Assembly (NCBI GenBank): GCA_963667845.2
Contig: CAXXVL010000002.1
Location: forward strand, 2,816,001 to 2,880,000
Direction: 5' to 3'
DNA: 64,000 nucleotides
DNA from: Smithellaceae bacterium
GTDB taxonomy: Bacteria; Desulfobacterota; Syntrophia; Syntrophales; Smithellaceae
Below the pieces are notes generated by a model, which saw only the letters and a program-made list of their open reading frames with translations, made no database searches and was not told the DNA's origin. The position numbers and the translations under genes were made by a program. Below, piece by piece: positions 20,779 to 30,451 of the stretch. Within the stretch, counting starts at the first letter, position 1; each line of letters begins with the position of its first letter.

Positions 20779-21646
20779 AAAAAGTTCTCACAATGAGCAG
20801 ATGACGCTTCGTGATCTTTTACAGGGTCGTTTGTCCTTCCTGGGAATCGAGGCGATCATTCGGCCGGAGGGATTGAGGAAAGTTTTGATCAGGCCTCACG
20901 TAAAATGCCGCCGGAGCATCGTCGTGTCTCATCTGGCGCAGGATGCAATAGTTATTCTTTCCCCCGGTGCACAAGAAAAATTTTTGACAAGTGATGAACC
21001 CGTGCGCCAGGCTTTTATCGGCAATCTGGCGCTCTGCAAGACAGCCTTCGTGGTTCTGGCTCAAACAATGACCTATCCGGCTTCCCTGAGAAGCAAACTC
21101 GGACATTGGCCGATTCCGGCCGCCGTTTCTACCCTGCACGAAAATCTTCTGGAAAGCCGGTTCAAAGCGATCATTTGCGAGAAAATAAGAAAGTGTGTAA
21201 CGGTTCACGGTGTTGCCATGGAGGCCGAGGGGCGAGGGCTGCTGGTCAGGGGGGCAAGCGGAATCGGCAAAACGACAACTCTATTACAGGCCACTCGCGA
21301 AGGTTATGTCTGGATAGCAGATGACCGTGTTGTGGTCAGGAGGAACCATCGCAATCAACTCGTTGTTTCCGGCCAGAAAAAAATTAGGGACTATTTTCAT
21401 ACGAAAGAAGACGGGATCATGGCTGTAAACCGGCTGGTCCACGCATCGCAAATCAAGAAAGAAACCCAGCTGGCTTTCGTCATTGATGTGGTCCGGACGG
21501 CCGCCGGCGACGGTACGTGCCGTCTTGATGAAACCGAAATTATGGAGACGCGATTACCCCTCATCCAAATGCATATTCCGCAGACTGGTTATTTCAACAA
21601 AAATCTGCTATCAAAAGCCATACAAAAAATATGCGAGGTGGATTAA
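20759..21646 (+). CDS. Divergent HPr kinase/phosphorylase-like protein (start uncertain, 20759 or 20801)
   Basis: VHGVAM...GLLVRGASGIGKT and IADDRV motifs; lies between ptsN and rapZ; the E.RG.G signature is degenerate. Confidence 0.7.
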   Translation: MSLVEHKKSSHNEQMTLRDLLQGRLSFLGIEAIIRPEGLRKVLIRPHVKCRRSIVVSHLAQDAIVILSPGAQEKFLTSDEPVRQAFIGNLALCKTAFVVLAQTMTYPASLRSKLGHWPIPAAVSTLHENLLESRFKAIICEKIRKCVTVHGVAMEAEGRGLLVRGASGIGKTTTLLQATREGYVWIADDRVVVRRNHRNQLVVSGQKKIRDYFHTKEDGIMAVNRLVHASQIKKETQLAFVIDVVRTAAGDGTCRLDETEIMETRLPLIQMHIPQTGYFNKNLLSKAIQKICEVD

Positions 21647-22513
21647 TTGAAAGATATTCAAGTGGTCATCATCTCGGGATTGTCGGGTTCCGGCAAGAGT
21701 ACGGCGCTTCGGGCACTTGAAGATATCGGCTTCTTTTGCGTGGATAATCTCCCCGTCGTTTTACTGCCGAAGTTTCTTTCCATAACACTGCAATCGACAC
21801 CGGAGATCAAGCAGGTGGCGCTGGTTATGGATTTGCGGGAAAGAAGCTTCCTGGAAAAATACCAGCGCATCTTCGAACGCCTGAAGGAAAAGGGATACAA
21901 AATTGAGATTTTGTTTCTCGAAGCCGGCGAAGAATCGCTCCTGCGCCGTTTCAGCGAAACAAGGCGCAATCATCCGCTGTCCGCAACCGGTTCGATTATG
22001 GAGGGTATTCAGCTGGAAGTGGCAAAGCTTGCATCGCTCAGGCAGATGGCTGATACAATTATTGATACGACGACGACCAATGTTCATCAACTCAAAGATG
22101 TGATTCAAAGACATTTTTTGCCGTCTTCCGGTCAAAAGCAAATGATCATCAGCGTAATGTCCTTCGGTTATCGTTATGGCTTGCCTGCGGATGCCGATTT
22201 GGTGATCGATGTGAGGTTTTTGCCCAATCCTTATTACGTCGATGCCCTGAAAAATTATAATGGTCATCATCGGGATGTGGAAGATTATGTATTGGATAAT
22301 GCGCAATGCCAGGAATTTATGAATAAAGCAATCGACGTATTGAACTTTGTTACTCCTCTTTACGAAAAAGAGGGAAAAGCCCGCCTCACCATTGCTTTCG
22401 GCTGCACCGGCGGCAAGCATCGGTCGGTCGTGATGGCAAACCGCTTCAGCTCATACTTCCAGTCCCTGGAGTATATCGTACACACATCTCATCGGGACAT
22501 CAATAAAAGCTGA
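21647..22513 (+). CDS. rapZ: RNase adapter RapZ (YhbJ/YvcJ)
   Basis: [43 protein letters not shown] start. Confidence 0.95.
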   Translation: MKDIQVVIISGLSGSGKSTALRALEDIGFFCVDNLPVVLLPKFLSITLQSTPEIKQVALVMDLRERSFLEKYQRIFERLKEKGYKIEILFLEAGEESLLRRFSETRRNHPLSATGSIMEGIQLEVAKLASLRQMADTIIDTTTTNVHQLKDVIQRHFLPSSGQKQMIISVMSFGYRYGLPADADLVIDVRFLPNPYYVDALKNYNGHHRDVEDYVLDNAQCQEFMNKAIDVLNFVTPLYEKEGKARLTIAFGCTGGKHRSVVMANRFSSYFQSLEYIVHTSHRDINKS

Positions 22514-22517
22514 AAAA

Positions 22518-22588
22518 TAGCTCATAGTTCATGGCTCGTAGCTTGCCCCTGCAATGCGACTATGAGCTACGAGCTATGAGCTTTTTTT
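22518..22588. terminator. Likely bidirectional terminator built from inverted heptamer repeats
   Basis: TAGCTCA-TAGTTCA-TGGCTCG-TAGCTTG faces CTATGAG-CTACGAG-CTATGAG, flanked by A and T runs, between convergent genes. Confidence 0.6.
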
Positions 22589-23916
22589 CAAAACACCATT
22601 TTCTTCATCACATTGTCTTCGATCCAATGCGGATCCCACCATTCCTGAGGATTGACAAACTGCCCGCCGGCAAGAATGCTGAAGTGCAGATGATCGCCGC
22701 CGGCGAGTCCCGTCATGCCGGAAACACCGATCTTTTCCTCTTTCTTAACCGTTTTGCCGACTGCGGTTTCAATGGAAGAAAGATGTCCATAGAGGCTGAA
22801 TAATCCCAAGCCGTGGTCAATGATAATGGCATTTCCGTATATTCCCAGTGGACCGGCAAAGACAACGATTCCGTTATTCGCTGCTTCAACCGGGGCATGG
22901 GCGGTTGAGGCGAGATCGACACCCATATGGATCGAGGTCCCGTAAGATTTACCGGCTATAAGGTAAGTGCGCTGGTCACCGAAGAGAGCCATGGGCTTGG
23001 CGTTGCGCATTCTCAGAAACGGGCCCTCCCACAGTCGTTTATTGATGGATTTGCTGCAAAGGGCCTGAATGGTTTTCGTGTTTTCTTCCCGCATGGTTAC
23101 ATTGACATACGCGAACACATCAATGGCGGACTTCCCCTGCAGTTGAGGGGTCGATGACTGAAATCCCGGCATGATATTCTGGAGAAAAGCATCGCTCAGA
23201 TTCACTTTATCGGACCGGAATTTCTTGGGCTTGATCGAATAGGGGATAGAGCTCCTGGCTTCATTGCCGGCGTCATCCCGGGCGGTGATGAATATTTTTG
23301 TTTTGGCATTTGCGGCATCCATCGCGAGCGCGAAGTAGGCGACCGATGTTGGTCTGCCGTTGATCAGGACCGTATGCCCCGGGAAGAATTTGTCATCCAC
23401 ATAAACGCCCGTCAGGGTTGTCGGCTTGGATGTTCGATAGGTGATAAAACCGGTGCCGCCCTGGTTGATATAGTTGACGGGATTGAGGACGGATATTTGC
23501 AGCGGCACGGTATCAATTTTAACCTGCGTCGCCAGTAACGTTTCATTTTTGAAAAGTGAATAGTCGGTGGCTCTTATGTTGATAATCGCCGGACCATTCT
23601 TGAGTTTCAGCGCTTCGGTATCAACGGTGAGCTGGATAACCTTTTGTCTGATGCCGCGGGACGGAAAAGACTCCTCGGCGATCACACGCGGTTTATGGTC
23701 CTGAATAATTTCTACGGTCAGACGGGACAGGCCGCTGGCTGAATCGGAAAACGTAATGCCGATCTCTTTTTTCTTGCCGATGGCGATAAGGTCCTGACTT
23801 AATTTGATGACCGGTTTTTCATGGTCCAGATAATCGGCAAAATAAAGCCAGCCGACCGTGCCGGCCAATATAATAATCAACACGATCGCCACATAAACGC
23901 CTATCCGTTTCATCAT
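22588..23916 (-). CDS. M23-family metallopeptidase
   Basis: H.GVD, YGN.IIIDHG, YGHLS, HLHF motifs; N-terminal TM. Confidence 0.92.
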   Translation of the reverse strand: MMKRIGVYVAIVLIIILAGTVGWLYFADYLDHEKPVIKLSQDLIAIGKKKEIGITFSDSASGLSRLTVEIIQDHKPRVIAEESFPSRGIRQKVIQLTVDTEALKLKNGPAIINIRATDYSLFKNETLLATQVKIDTVPLQISVLNPVNYINQGGTGFITYRTSKPTTLTGVYVDDKFFPGHTVLINGRPTSVAYFALAMDAANAKTKIFITARDDAGNEARSSIPYSIKPKKFRSDKVNLSDAFLQNIMPGFQSSTPQLQGKSAIDVFAYVNVTMREENTKTIQALCSKSINKRLWEGPFLRMRNAKPMALFGDQRTYLIAGKSYGTSIHMGVDLASTAHAPVEAANNGIVVFAGPLGIYGNAIIIDHGLGLFSLYGHLSSIETAVGKTVKKEEKIGVSGMTGLAGGDHLHFSILAGGQFVNPQEWWDPHWIEDNVMKKMVF

Positions 23917-24087
23917 TTACTCCTCGAATTTTTAATTTGAATGAACCCGCGCCTTCATAATGATTTTTGTCGTTCATTGCAAGGAGAAATATCCTGTTGC
24001 ATCTGTGAAATCAAAAGACTTTAAACCTTGATCTTGCCTTGAAACGCTGTTATATTCTCAAAAAAATATCGAAGTGATCTAAGACCC

Positions 24088-25302
24088 ATGCTGGAAAATA
24101 AAAAGATCGTCCTGGGAATTACCGGCGGCATTGCGGCGTACAAAGCAGCGGAGCTGACCCGCGCTCTGATCAAGGCCGGGGCCCAGGTTCGCGTCATCAT
24201 GACAAAGAACGCAATGCAATTTATTACGCCCCTTACCCTGCAGACGCTTTCTCAGGGCCCGGTTTATACTGAAACGTTCGATCCGGCCGATTCATACGAC
24301 ATGGCTCATATCAGTCTAGCCGATTATGCCGATGCATTCGTCATTGCCCCCGCTACGGGAAATGTGATCGGGAAAATTGCATCCGGGATAGGCGACGATC
24401 TCCTGACGACAACGATCATGGCGCAAAACAAGCCGACGCTGATTTGTCCGGCCATGAACGACAAGATGCTTGCCAATCCGATCGTGCAGGACAATATCCG
24501 GAAGCTCCGCCAATACGGTTATACTGTGATGGAGAGCGGCGTGGGGGAACTGGCCTGTAAAACATCAGGTTCGGGACGCCTACCGGAAATTCCGGCGATT
24601 GTGGACGCAGTTGAATCTCTTTTAACCCCCAAGGATTTTTCCGGAGAAAAAGTTCTGGTCACCGCCGGGCCCACGGAAGAACCGCTGGACCCGGTGCGGT
24701 GTATCACGAATCTTTCCTCCGGGAAAATGGGTTACGCGCTCGCGGCGGCCGCACAGCAGCGCGGTGCCCGGGTGACATTGATCAGCGGGCCGACGAAAAT
24801 CGCTCCGCCCGCAGTCGAGAAGATTATCTTCGTCCGCACGGCTCTGGACATGTATCAGGCGGTGATGGATCATTATGCCGAGGCGACCGTGATCATCAAG
24901 GCCGCCGCAGTCGCCGATTATCGGCCCGCATCGTTGTCTCCGGAAAAAATCAAAAAGGATAAGGGACTGAAGGGTATTGAGCTGGTCCGCAATCCGGACA
25001 TTATCGCTGCAATCGGCGCGAAAAAGAAAAAAGGCATTTTGGTCGGTTTTGCCATGGAAACACAGGACCTGCTTGCCAATGCCCGGCAGAAACTGCAAAA
25101 GAAGAACATGGATATGATCGTAGCAAACAGTCTTCGCGAGGAAGGTGCCGGTTTCCAGACGGATACGAATATCATTACGATCATCGACCGGAGCGGAAAA
25201 ACGACGGCTCTGGGAAAAATGACCAAGCAGGCGGCCGCCCATCGGATCCTGGACCATATTAAAACGTTGAACCGAAAGAAAGGTGCTCGCAATAAGCCAT
25301 GA
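24088..25302 (+). CDS. coaBC: Phosphopantothenoylcysteine decarboxylase/ligase
   Basis: TGGIAAYKA, PAMN, TAGPT.E.LDPVR, SSGKMG, AAVADY, GFA.ET. Confidence 0.96.
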   Translation: MLENKKIVLGITGGIAAYKAAELTRALIKAGAQVRVIMTKNAMQFITPLTLQTLSQGPVYTETFDPADSYDMAHISLADYADAFVIAPATGNVIGKIASGIGDDLLTTTIMAQNKPTLICPAMNDKMLANPIVQDNIRKLRQYGYTVMESGVGELACKTSGSGRLPEIPAIVDAVESLLTPKDFSGEKVLVTAGPTEEPLDPVRCITNLSSGKMGYALAAAAQQRGARVTLISGPTKIAPPAVEKIIFVRTALDMYQAVMDHYAEATVIIKAAAVADYRPASLSPEKIKKDKGLKGIELVRNPDIIAAIGAKKKKGILVGFAMETQDLLANARQKLQKKNMDMIVANSLREEGAGFQTDTNIITIIDRSGKTTALGKMTKQAAAHRILDHIKTLNRKKGARNKP

Positions 25303-26030
25303 CGGACGTGCTCAAGTCGACATCATCTGAGCAGATTAAGGAAGAATTGCTCTCGCTCGTCAAGTCCGTCAAAGGCCAACTCGCCAATGCCGATCATCTG
25401 TATGTAAATATTGATTGGAAAAACCCTGTACCGATGCAGAAAAAAAACGCCATCAGCGTCGCGACGTCAAAAAAATCGATCGATGACCTTTGCCGGGAGG
25501 TTGCAGGATGCGAGCGTTGTTCATTATCCAGGACCAGAAAAAATGTCGTTTTCGGCGCCGGAGACACGCAGGCCGGAATTGTTTTTGTCGGAGAAGCGCC
25601 CGGAGCGGACGAAGATGAACAGGGCCTGCCGTTTGTAGGCCGGGCAGGACAGCTCCTGACCAACATCATCAAAGCCATGGGCCTTGAGAGAAAAGACGTT
25701 TATATCTGCAATATCCTCAAGTGCCGTCCACCCGGGAACCGCAATCCGCTGCCAGATGAAATCCGTTTGTGTGAGCCGTATTTAAAGCAGCAGCTGCAAC
25801 TGATCTCTCCGCAGATCATCTGTGCCCTGGGGTCTTTTGCCGCGAAGACGCTGCTCAAGACCGAAACACCCATCACCGTGCTGCGCGGGCGTTTCCATCA
25901 GTACGAAGGGATCAAGCTGATGCCGACTTACCATCCGGCCTATCTGTTAAGAAACCCGTCTGCCAAAAAACAAGTGTGGGAAGATGTCCAACTGATCATG
26001 AAGGAATTGAACACTGCAAAAGGGGACTAG
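25299..26030 (+). CDS. Uracil-DNA glycosylase family 4
   Basis: C..C.L, GEAPG.DED.QG.PFVGRAG, KCRPP.NR.P, HPAYLLR. Confidence 0.93.
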   Translation: MTDVLKSTSSEQIKEELLSLVKSVKGQLANADHLYVNIDWKNPVPMQKKNAISVATSKKSIDDLCREVAGCERCSLSRTRKNVVFGAGDTQAGIVFVGEAPGADEDEQGLPFVGRAGQLLTNIIKAMGLERKDVYICNILKCRPPGNRNPLPDEIRLCEPYLKQQLQLISPQIICALGSFAAKTLLKTETPITVLRGRFHQYEGIKLMPTYHPAYLLRNPSAKKQVWEDVQLIMKELNTAKGD

Positions 26031-26049
26031 GACAGGAAGAGGTGCCGTC

Positions 26050-27357
26050 ATGGTAAAAAAATTGTCTTTTCTATTGGTGCTGCTCCTTATCGCCACAGCC
26101 GGCGCTGCCTTTGCGCAGGACAAAAAACCTGTGTTTCAAGTGATAAAACTGGAGGGCGTCATCACCTCGCCGTCGGCTACATACGTGGCGGACAGTCTCG
26201 AAGAGGCGCAAAAAGCCGGTGCGGAAGGCTTAATTATTTTATTGGACACTCCCGGAGGCCTGGATACGGCCATGCGGGATATTGCCAAAAGCATTCTCAA
26301 TGCCCCGATACCGGTCATCGTTTATGTCTATCCGTCGGGCGCGCGGGCGGCTTCGGCGGGAGTCATCATCGCCGAAGCGGCACACATTGCCGCCATGGCT
26401 CCCGGCACAAACATCGGCGCCGCTCACCCCGTGGCGATCGGCATCGGGGGCACTACTGAAGTGGACAAGAACATGGCCCAAAAAATGGAAAATGACGCGG
26501 CAGCTTACGCCCGCAGTATTGCCAAAACACGCGGCCGTAACGAAGAATGGGTGGAAAAAGCAGTGCGCAAGAGCGAATCCATTACGGCCGATGAAGCTCT
26601 GAAACTGAACGTCATTGATGTCGTCGCTCCAAGCATTGAAAAATTATTGGCCGCGATTGATCAGAAAGAAGTGACCGTTGCCGGCAACAAAAGAAAAATA
26701 TCCACGGCCCACGCAGTCGTAGATTCTAAAAAAATAAGCACGCGGCAGGGGATTCTGGCGGCGATTTCCAATCCCAACATCGCTTATCTGCTCCTGCTGA
26801 TCGGTCTGGCGGGCCTCTATTTCGAATTTTCCACACCGGGTGCGATTTTGCCCGGCGTTATCGGCGGCATATCCCTGTTACTGGCATTTTTCGGTCTTTC
26901 CACTCTGCCGGTGAATTATACGGGTGTCTTACTGATCTTGTTCAGCATCATATTATTTATCGCGGAGATAAAGATTATGAGTCATGGCATGTTGACGGTC
27001 GGCGGAGTGATATCCCTGGCGCTGGGATCCTTTATGCTTTTTGATACGCCGGAACCCGCGCTGAGGCTGTCTTTGCAGGTCCTGGTGCCGGCAGTCCTCG
27101 TGGCGTCCGGCTTTTTTATCGTTGTCATCTGGCTGGCCGTTAAGGCGCAGATGAGGAAACACTATTCTGGCATGGAGTCGATGGCGGACGGCCGGGGTGA
27201 AGCCAGCACGGACATCGACGGTAAGGGGAAAATATTTTATCAGGGTGAATATTGGACGGCCGAGAGTGATCAGTTTATTCCCAAAGGTGCTAAAGTGAGA
27301 ATCAAGAAGGTTGATGGGCTGAATCTGATCGTTGAGGAAATAAAGAACGAAAAATAA
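26050..27357 (+). CDS. nfeD: NfeD-family membrane-bound serine protease (long form)
   Basis: LDTPGG, RAASAG, MAPGTNIGAA.P, TM block and OB-fold tail; upstream of stomatin. Confidence 0.92.
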   Translation: MVKKLSFLLVLLLIATAGAAFAQDKKPVFQVIKLEGVITSPSATYVADSLEEAQKAGAEGLIILLDTPGGLDTAMRDIAKSILNAPIPVIVYVYPSGARAASAGVIIAEAAHIAAMAPGTNIGAAHPVAIGIGGTTEVDKNMAQKMENDAAAYARSIAKTRGRNEEWVEKAVRKSESITADEALKLNVIDVVAPSIEKLLAAIDQKEVTVAGNKRKISTAHAVVDSKKISTRQGILAAISNPNIAYLLLLIGLAGLYFEFSTPGAILPGVIGGISLLLAFFGLSTLPVNYTGVLLILFSIILFIAEIKIMSHGMLTVGGVISLALGSFMLFDTPEPALRLSLQVLVPAVLVASGFFIVVIWLAVKAQMRKHYSGMESMADGRGEASTDIDGKGKIFYQGEYWTAESDQFIPKGAKVRIKKVDGLNLIVEEIKNEK

Positions 27358-27384
27358 AAATAATCGATATAAGGAGGAATCATT

Positions 27385-28146
27385 ATGTTGGGATCTTTAC
27401 CGATACCCCTGCTGGTTGTCGTCGTGTTGGTCGTCATGTTCTTGGCTTCGGCGGTTAAAGTGCTCAATGAGTATGAAAGAGCAGTCGTTTTCCGTCTGGG
27501 CCGAATCCGCGATCTCAAAGGGCCCGGTCTGATCATTATCATTCCCGGTATTGATAAAATTGTCCGGATTGACATGCGGACGATCACCATGGATGTTCCC
27601 CCTCAGGATGTGATTACCAAAGACAACGTATCGATTAAAGTCAATGCGGTCGTTTATTTCCGGGTTGTGGATGCCAATGCCGCCGTCATCAATGTCGAAA
27701 ATTACCTGTTTGCCACGTCCCAGCTCTCTCAGACAACCCTCCGGAGCGTCTGCGGTCAGATGGAATTGGACGAAATCCTGTCCGAGCGGGAAAAAATCAA
27801 TCTACAACTCCAGGAGATCCTGGATCGAAACACTGAACCCTGGGGCATCAAAGTCTCGCACGTGGAGGTCAAGCAAATTGACCTGCCTGAGGAAATGAAA
27901 CGGGCGATTGCCAAGCAGGCGGAAGCTGAAAGAGAAAGACGGGCCAAGGTCATCAACGCCGAAGGCGAATTCCAGGCCGCGCAAAAACTGATCGATGCCG
28001 CCGCCCTGATGGAGACTCAGCCTATGTCATTGCAGCTGCGCTATCTGCAGACTCTGAACCAGATTGCCGCGGAAAACAATTCTACAACGATATTTCCGAT
28101 CCCGATCGATCTGTTCAAACCATTTTTGAAATTGATGGATAAGTAA
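27385..28146 (+). CDS. Stomatin/SPFH (slipin) family protein
   Basis: [46 protein letters not shown]. Confidence 0.94.
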   Translation: MLGSLPIPLLVVVVLVVMFLASAVKVLNEYERAVVFRLGRIRDLKGPGLIIIIPGIDKIVRIDMRTITMDVPPQDVITKDNVSIKVNAVVYFRVVDANAAVINVENYLFATSQLSQTTLRSVCGQMELDEILSEREKINLQLQEILDRNTEPWGIKVSHVEVKQIDLPEEMKRAIAKQAEAERERRAKVINAEGEFQAAQKLIDAAALMETQPMSLQLRYLQTLNQIAAENNSTTIFPIPIDLFKPFLKLMDK

Positions 28147-28209
28147 TCAAACGGCTGCGGGCGTTGCCCCGGCCGATAAATAAAGAACATTATTAAAGGA
28201 GATTATTCT

Positions 28210-28521
28210 ATGCCAAGTGAAAAGAGAAACGTTATTACCGGTGGCCTTATTTTAATTACCTTGGGTGTCTTGATTTTCATCAGCAAGACCACCAGCTACA
28301 GTTTCGGCCAGACCTGGCCGATTTTACTGATCGTGATCGGTATCAGTACGTTGATTTACAAGGTCAGGGCCATCGAAGGCTGGTTTATTGCGGCAGTGGG
28401 TGTTGTTTTTCTCATTATCGAAATTTATGGTTTTAATCTGTATCAATATTCGCAGTATATATTGCCGTTTATTTTGATCGTTCTGGGCGTATTTGTAATA
28501 TTAAAGCGCCGCAAGCACTAG
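28210..28521 (+). CDS. Small membrane protein (DUF5668/LiaF-TM-like)
   Basis: G..LI.LG...WP.LLI.IG repeated TM pattern. Confidence 0.7.
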   Translation: MPSEKRNVITGGLILITLGVLIFISKTTSYSFGQTWPILLIVIGISTLIYKVRAIEGWFIAAVGVVFLIIEIYGFNLYQYSQYILPFILIVLGVFVILKRRKH

Positions 28522-28551
28522 CGAAAAGCGTGCGGGTATAAAAGACAGATC

Positions 28552-29214
28552 ATGCTCTTTAAACAAAAGAAGGCGCTGGTGATCAGTGATTTCGACGGTA
28601 CGATTTGTACCGTTGATGTCGGCAACCGGGTTTTAAGCCACTTTACGAAAGAAAGCTGGGATTACATTGATCGTGAGTACGTCAGGGGAACCATCGGCTC
28701 GCGTGCGGCTTACACCAAGATTGCGCCGCTCGTTTGGGCTGATCCGGCGCACCTGAACGCTTACGTTCTGAAGCTGGCAAAAATCGATCCCTTCTTTACG
28801 AAATTCTACCGTCTGGCGAAGAAGAAAGGCGTGGATGTAAAGATCGTTTCCGACGGACTTGATTTTTATATTCGGGCCATTATGGAAAAGCATCGTTTGG
28901 GTGAAATTGAATTCTTTTCCAATACCGTCATTTTCGGCCGGCATGCGACGCTGACCTTCGACTTCCCTGAGGCAAATGCGTTATGCGGCCGTTGCGGCAC
29001 GTGCAAGAATAAAATATTGAATGACCATCGCCTGATGTATGAAACCATTGTCTATGTCGGCGATGGTCATTCCGATATCTGTCCGTCCCGGTGCGCAGAC
29101 CTGGTTTTTGCCAAAGACGTGCTTTTGCGAAAGTGTGAGGAAGAGGGTACGACGCCTTACAGGCCTTTTCAGGATTTCAGCGTGATTTGTGAATATCTGA
29201 AAGAAAATTTTTGA
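28552..29214 (+). CDS. MtnX-like HAD-IB phosphatase
   Basis: DFDGTI, VSDG, CG.CK, GDG.SD.C...AD.VFAK. Confidence 0.88.
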   Translation: MLFKQKKALVISDFDGTICTVDVGNRVLSHFTKESWDYIDREYVRGTIGSRAAYTKIAPLVWADPAHLNAYVLKLAKIDPFFTKFYRLAKKKGVDVKIVSDGLDFYIRAIMEKHRLGEIEFFSNTVIFGRHATLTFDFPEANALCGRCGTCKNKILNDHRLMYETIVYVGDGHSDICPSRCADLVFAKDVLLRKCEEEGTTPYRPFQDFSVICEYLKENF

Positions 29215-29263
29215 GGGCCGGAGACGCTTCGGGTAAATTCGTTTTACCGGCAAGGATTTTGTT

Positions 29264-30445
29264 ATGAGCATATCAAAAAAAATTAAAGCATCTATCTCCC
29301 GATCATCCGCCATTCGCAAGATGTTCGAGGAGGGGATTGCCCTGAAAAAGAAACACGGCGCGGATAATGTTTTCGATTTCAGTCTGGGAAATCCCAACGT
29401 CGACCATCCCCGGGAATTCAAGCGGGAACTTATCAAGGTCGCCGATGAGGAGATCGCGCTTAAACACGGATATACGCCGAATGCGGGGTATCTGGAAACC
29501 AGGCAGGCCGTCGCCGGGAAAATCAGCCAGACATACGGTCTGAAAATGACGGCCGATCACATTGTCATGTCCTGCGGCGCAGGCGGCGCGCTTAATGTGA
29601 TCCTGAAGTCGCTGCTTGATCCGGGCGATGAGGTGATTATCTTCAAACCCTTCTTTGTCGAATATCCCTTTTACATCGACAACTATAACGGTGTCGTAAA
29701 ATACGTCTCGACAAAACCGGATTTTTCACTGGATATCGCCGCCGTTTCTCAAGCCATTACCCCGAAGACGAAAGCCATTATCATCAATTCACCCAACAAC
29801 CCGACGGGTAAGGTATACAGCAAAAAAAACATCGCCGATCTTGCCCGTTTGCTGAAAGAAAAAGGCAGGCTCTTATATAAGCCCATCTATTTGATCGCGG
29901 ATGAACCGTATGCGGAAATCGTCTTTGACGGAATTGAGGTGCCCAGTATCCTCAGAGCTTACGAAAACAGTATTATTGCCTATTCGTATTCCAAAACATT
30001 ATCGCTGCCGGGAGAAAGAATCGGGTACATTGCTGTTCACCCGAAAATTCACGAGGCGGATGATCTGATCACGGCGTTGATTTTATGCACGCGGATTATG
30101 GGGTTTGTGAATGCGCCGGCGCTCATGCAGCGCATTGTGGCCAGACTTCAAAACATCACGGTTGACGTGAACGTCTATCAGAAGAAGCGTGATTTGCTCT
30201 GTGCTGGACTGGCCCGGGCCGGTTATAAATTTACCAAACCGCAGGGTGCTTTTTACCTCTTTGTGAAGAGCCCGATTCCCGATGATGTGGAATTCGTCGA
30301 GAGGCTTTTGCAGAAAAATATCCTGGTCGTACCCGGCAGCGGCTTCGGCTGCCCGGGGTATTTCCGCATTGCATTCTGCGTCGACGATGCGACCATTATC
30401 AATTCCCTGAAAGGATTTGCCGACGTCATTCGGCAGGGCAAATAA
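29264..30445 (+). CDS. PLP-dependent aminotransferase class I/II
   Basis: FSLGNP, NSPNNPTG, DEPY, SYSK.LSLPGERIG. Confidence 0.92.
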   Translation: MSISKKIKASISRSSAIRKMFEEGIALKKKHGADNVFDFSLGNPNVDHPREFKRELIKVADEEIALKHGYTPNAGYLETRQAVAGKISQTYGLKMTADHIVMSCGAGGALNVILKSLLDPGDEVIIFKPFFVEYPFYIDNYNGVVKYVSTKPDFSLDIAAVSQAITPKTKAIIINSPNNPTGKVYSKKNIADLARLLKEKGRLLYKPIYLIADEPYAEIVFDGIEVPSILRAYENSIIAYSYSKTLSLPGERIGYIAVHPKIHEADDLITALILCTRIMGFVNAPALMQRIVARLQNITVDVNVYQKKRDLLCAGLARAGYKFTKPQGAFYLFVKSPIPDDVEFVERLLQKNILVVPGSGFGCPGYFRIAFCVDDATIINSLKGFADVIRQGK

Positions 30446-30451
30446 TACGAC

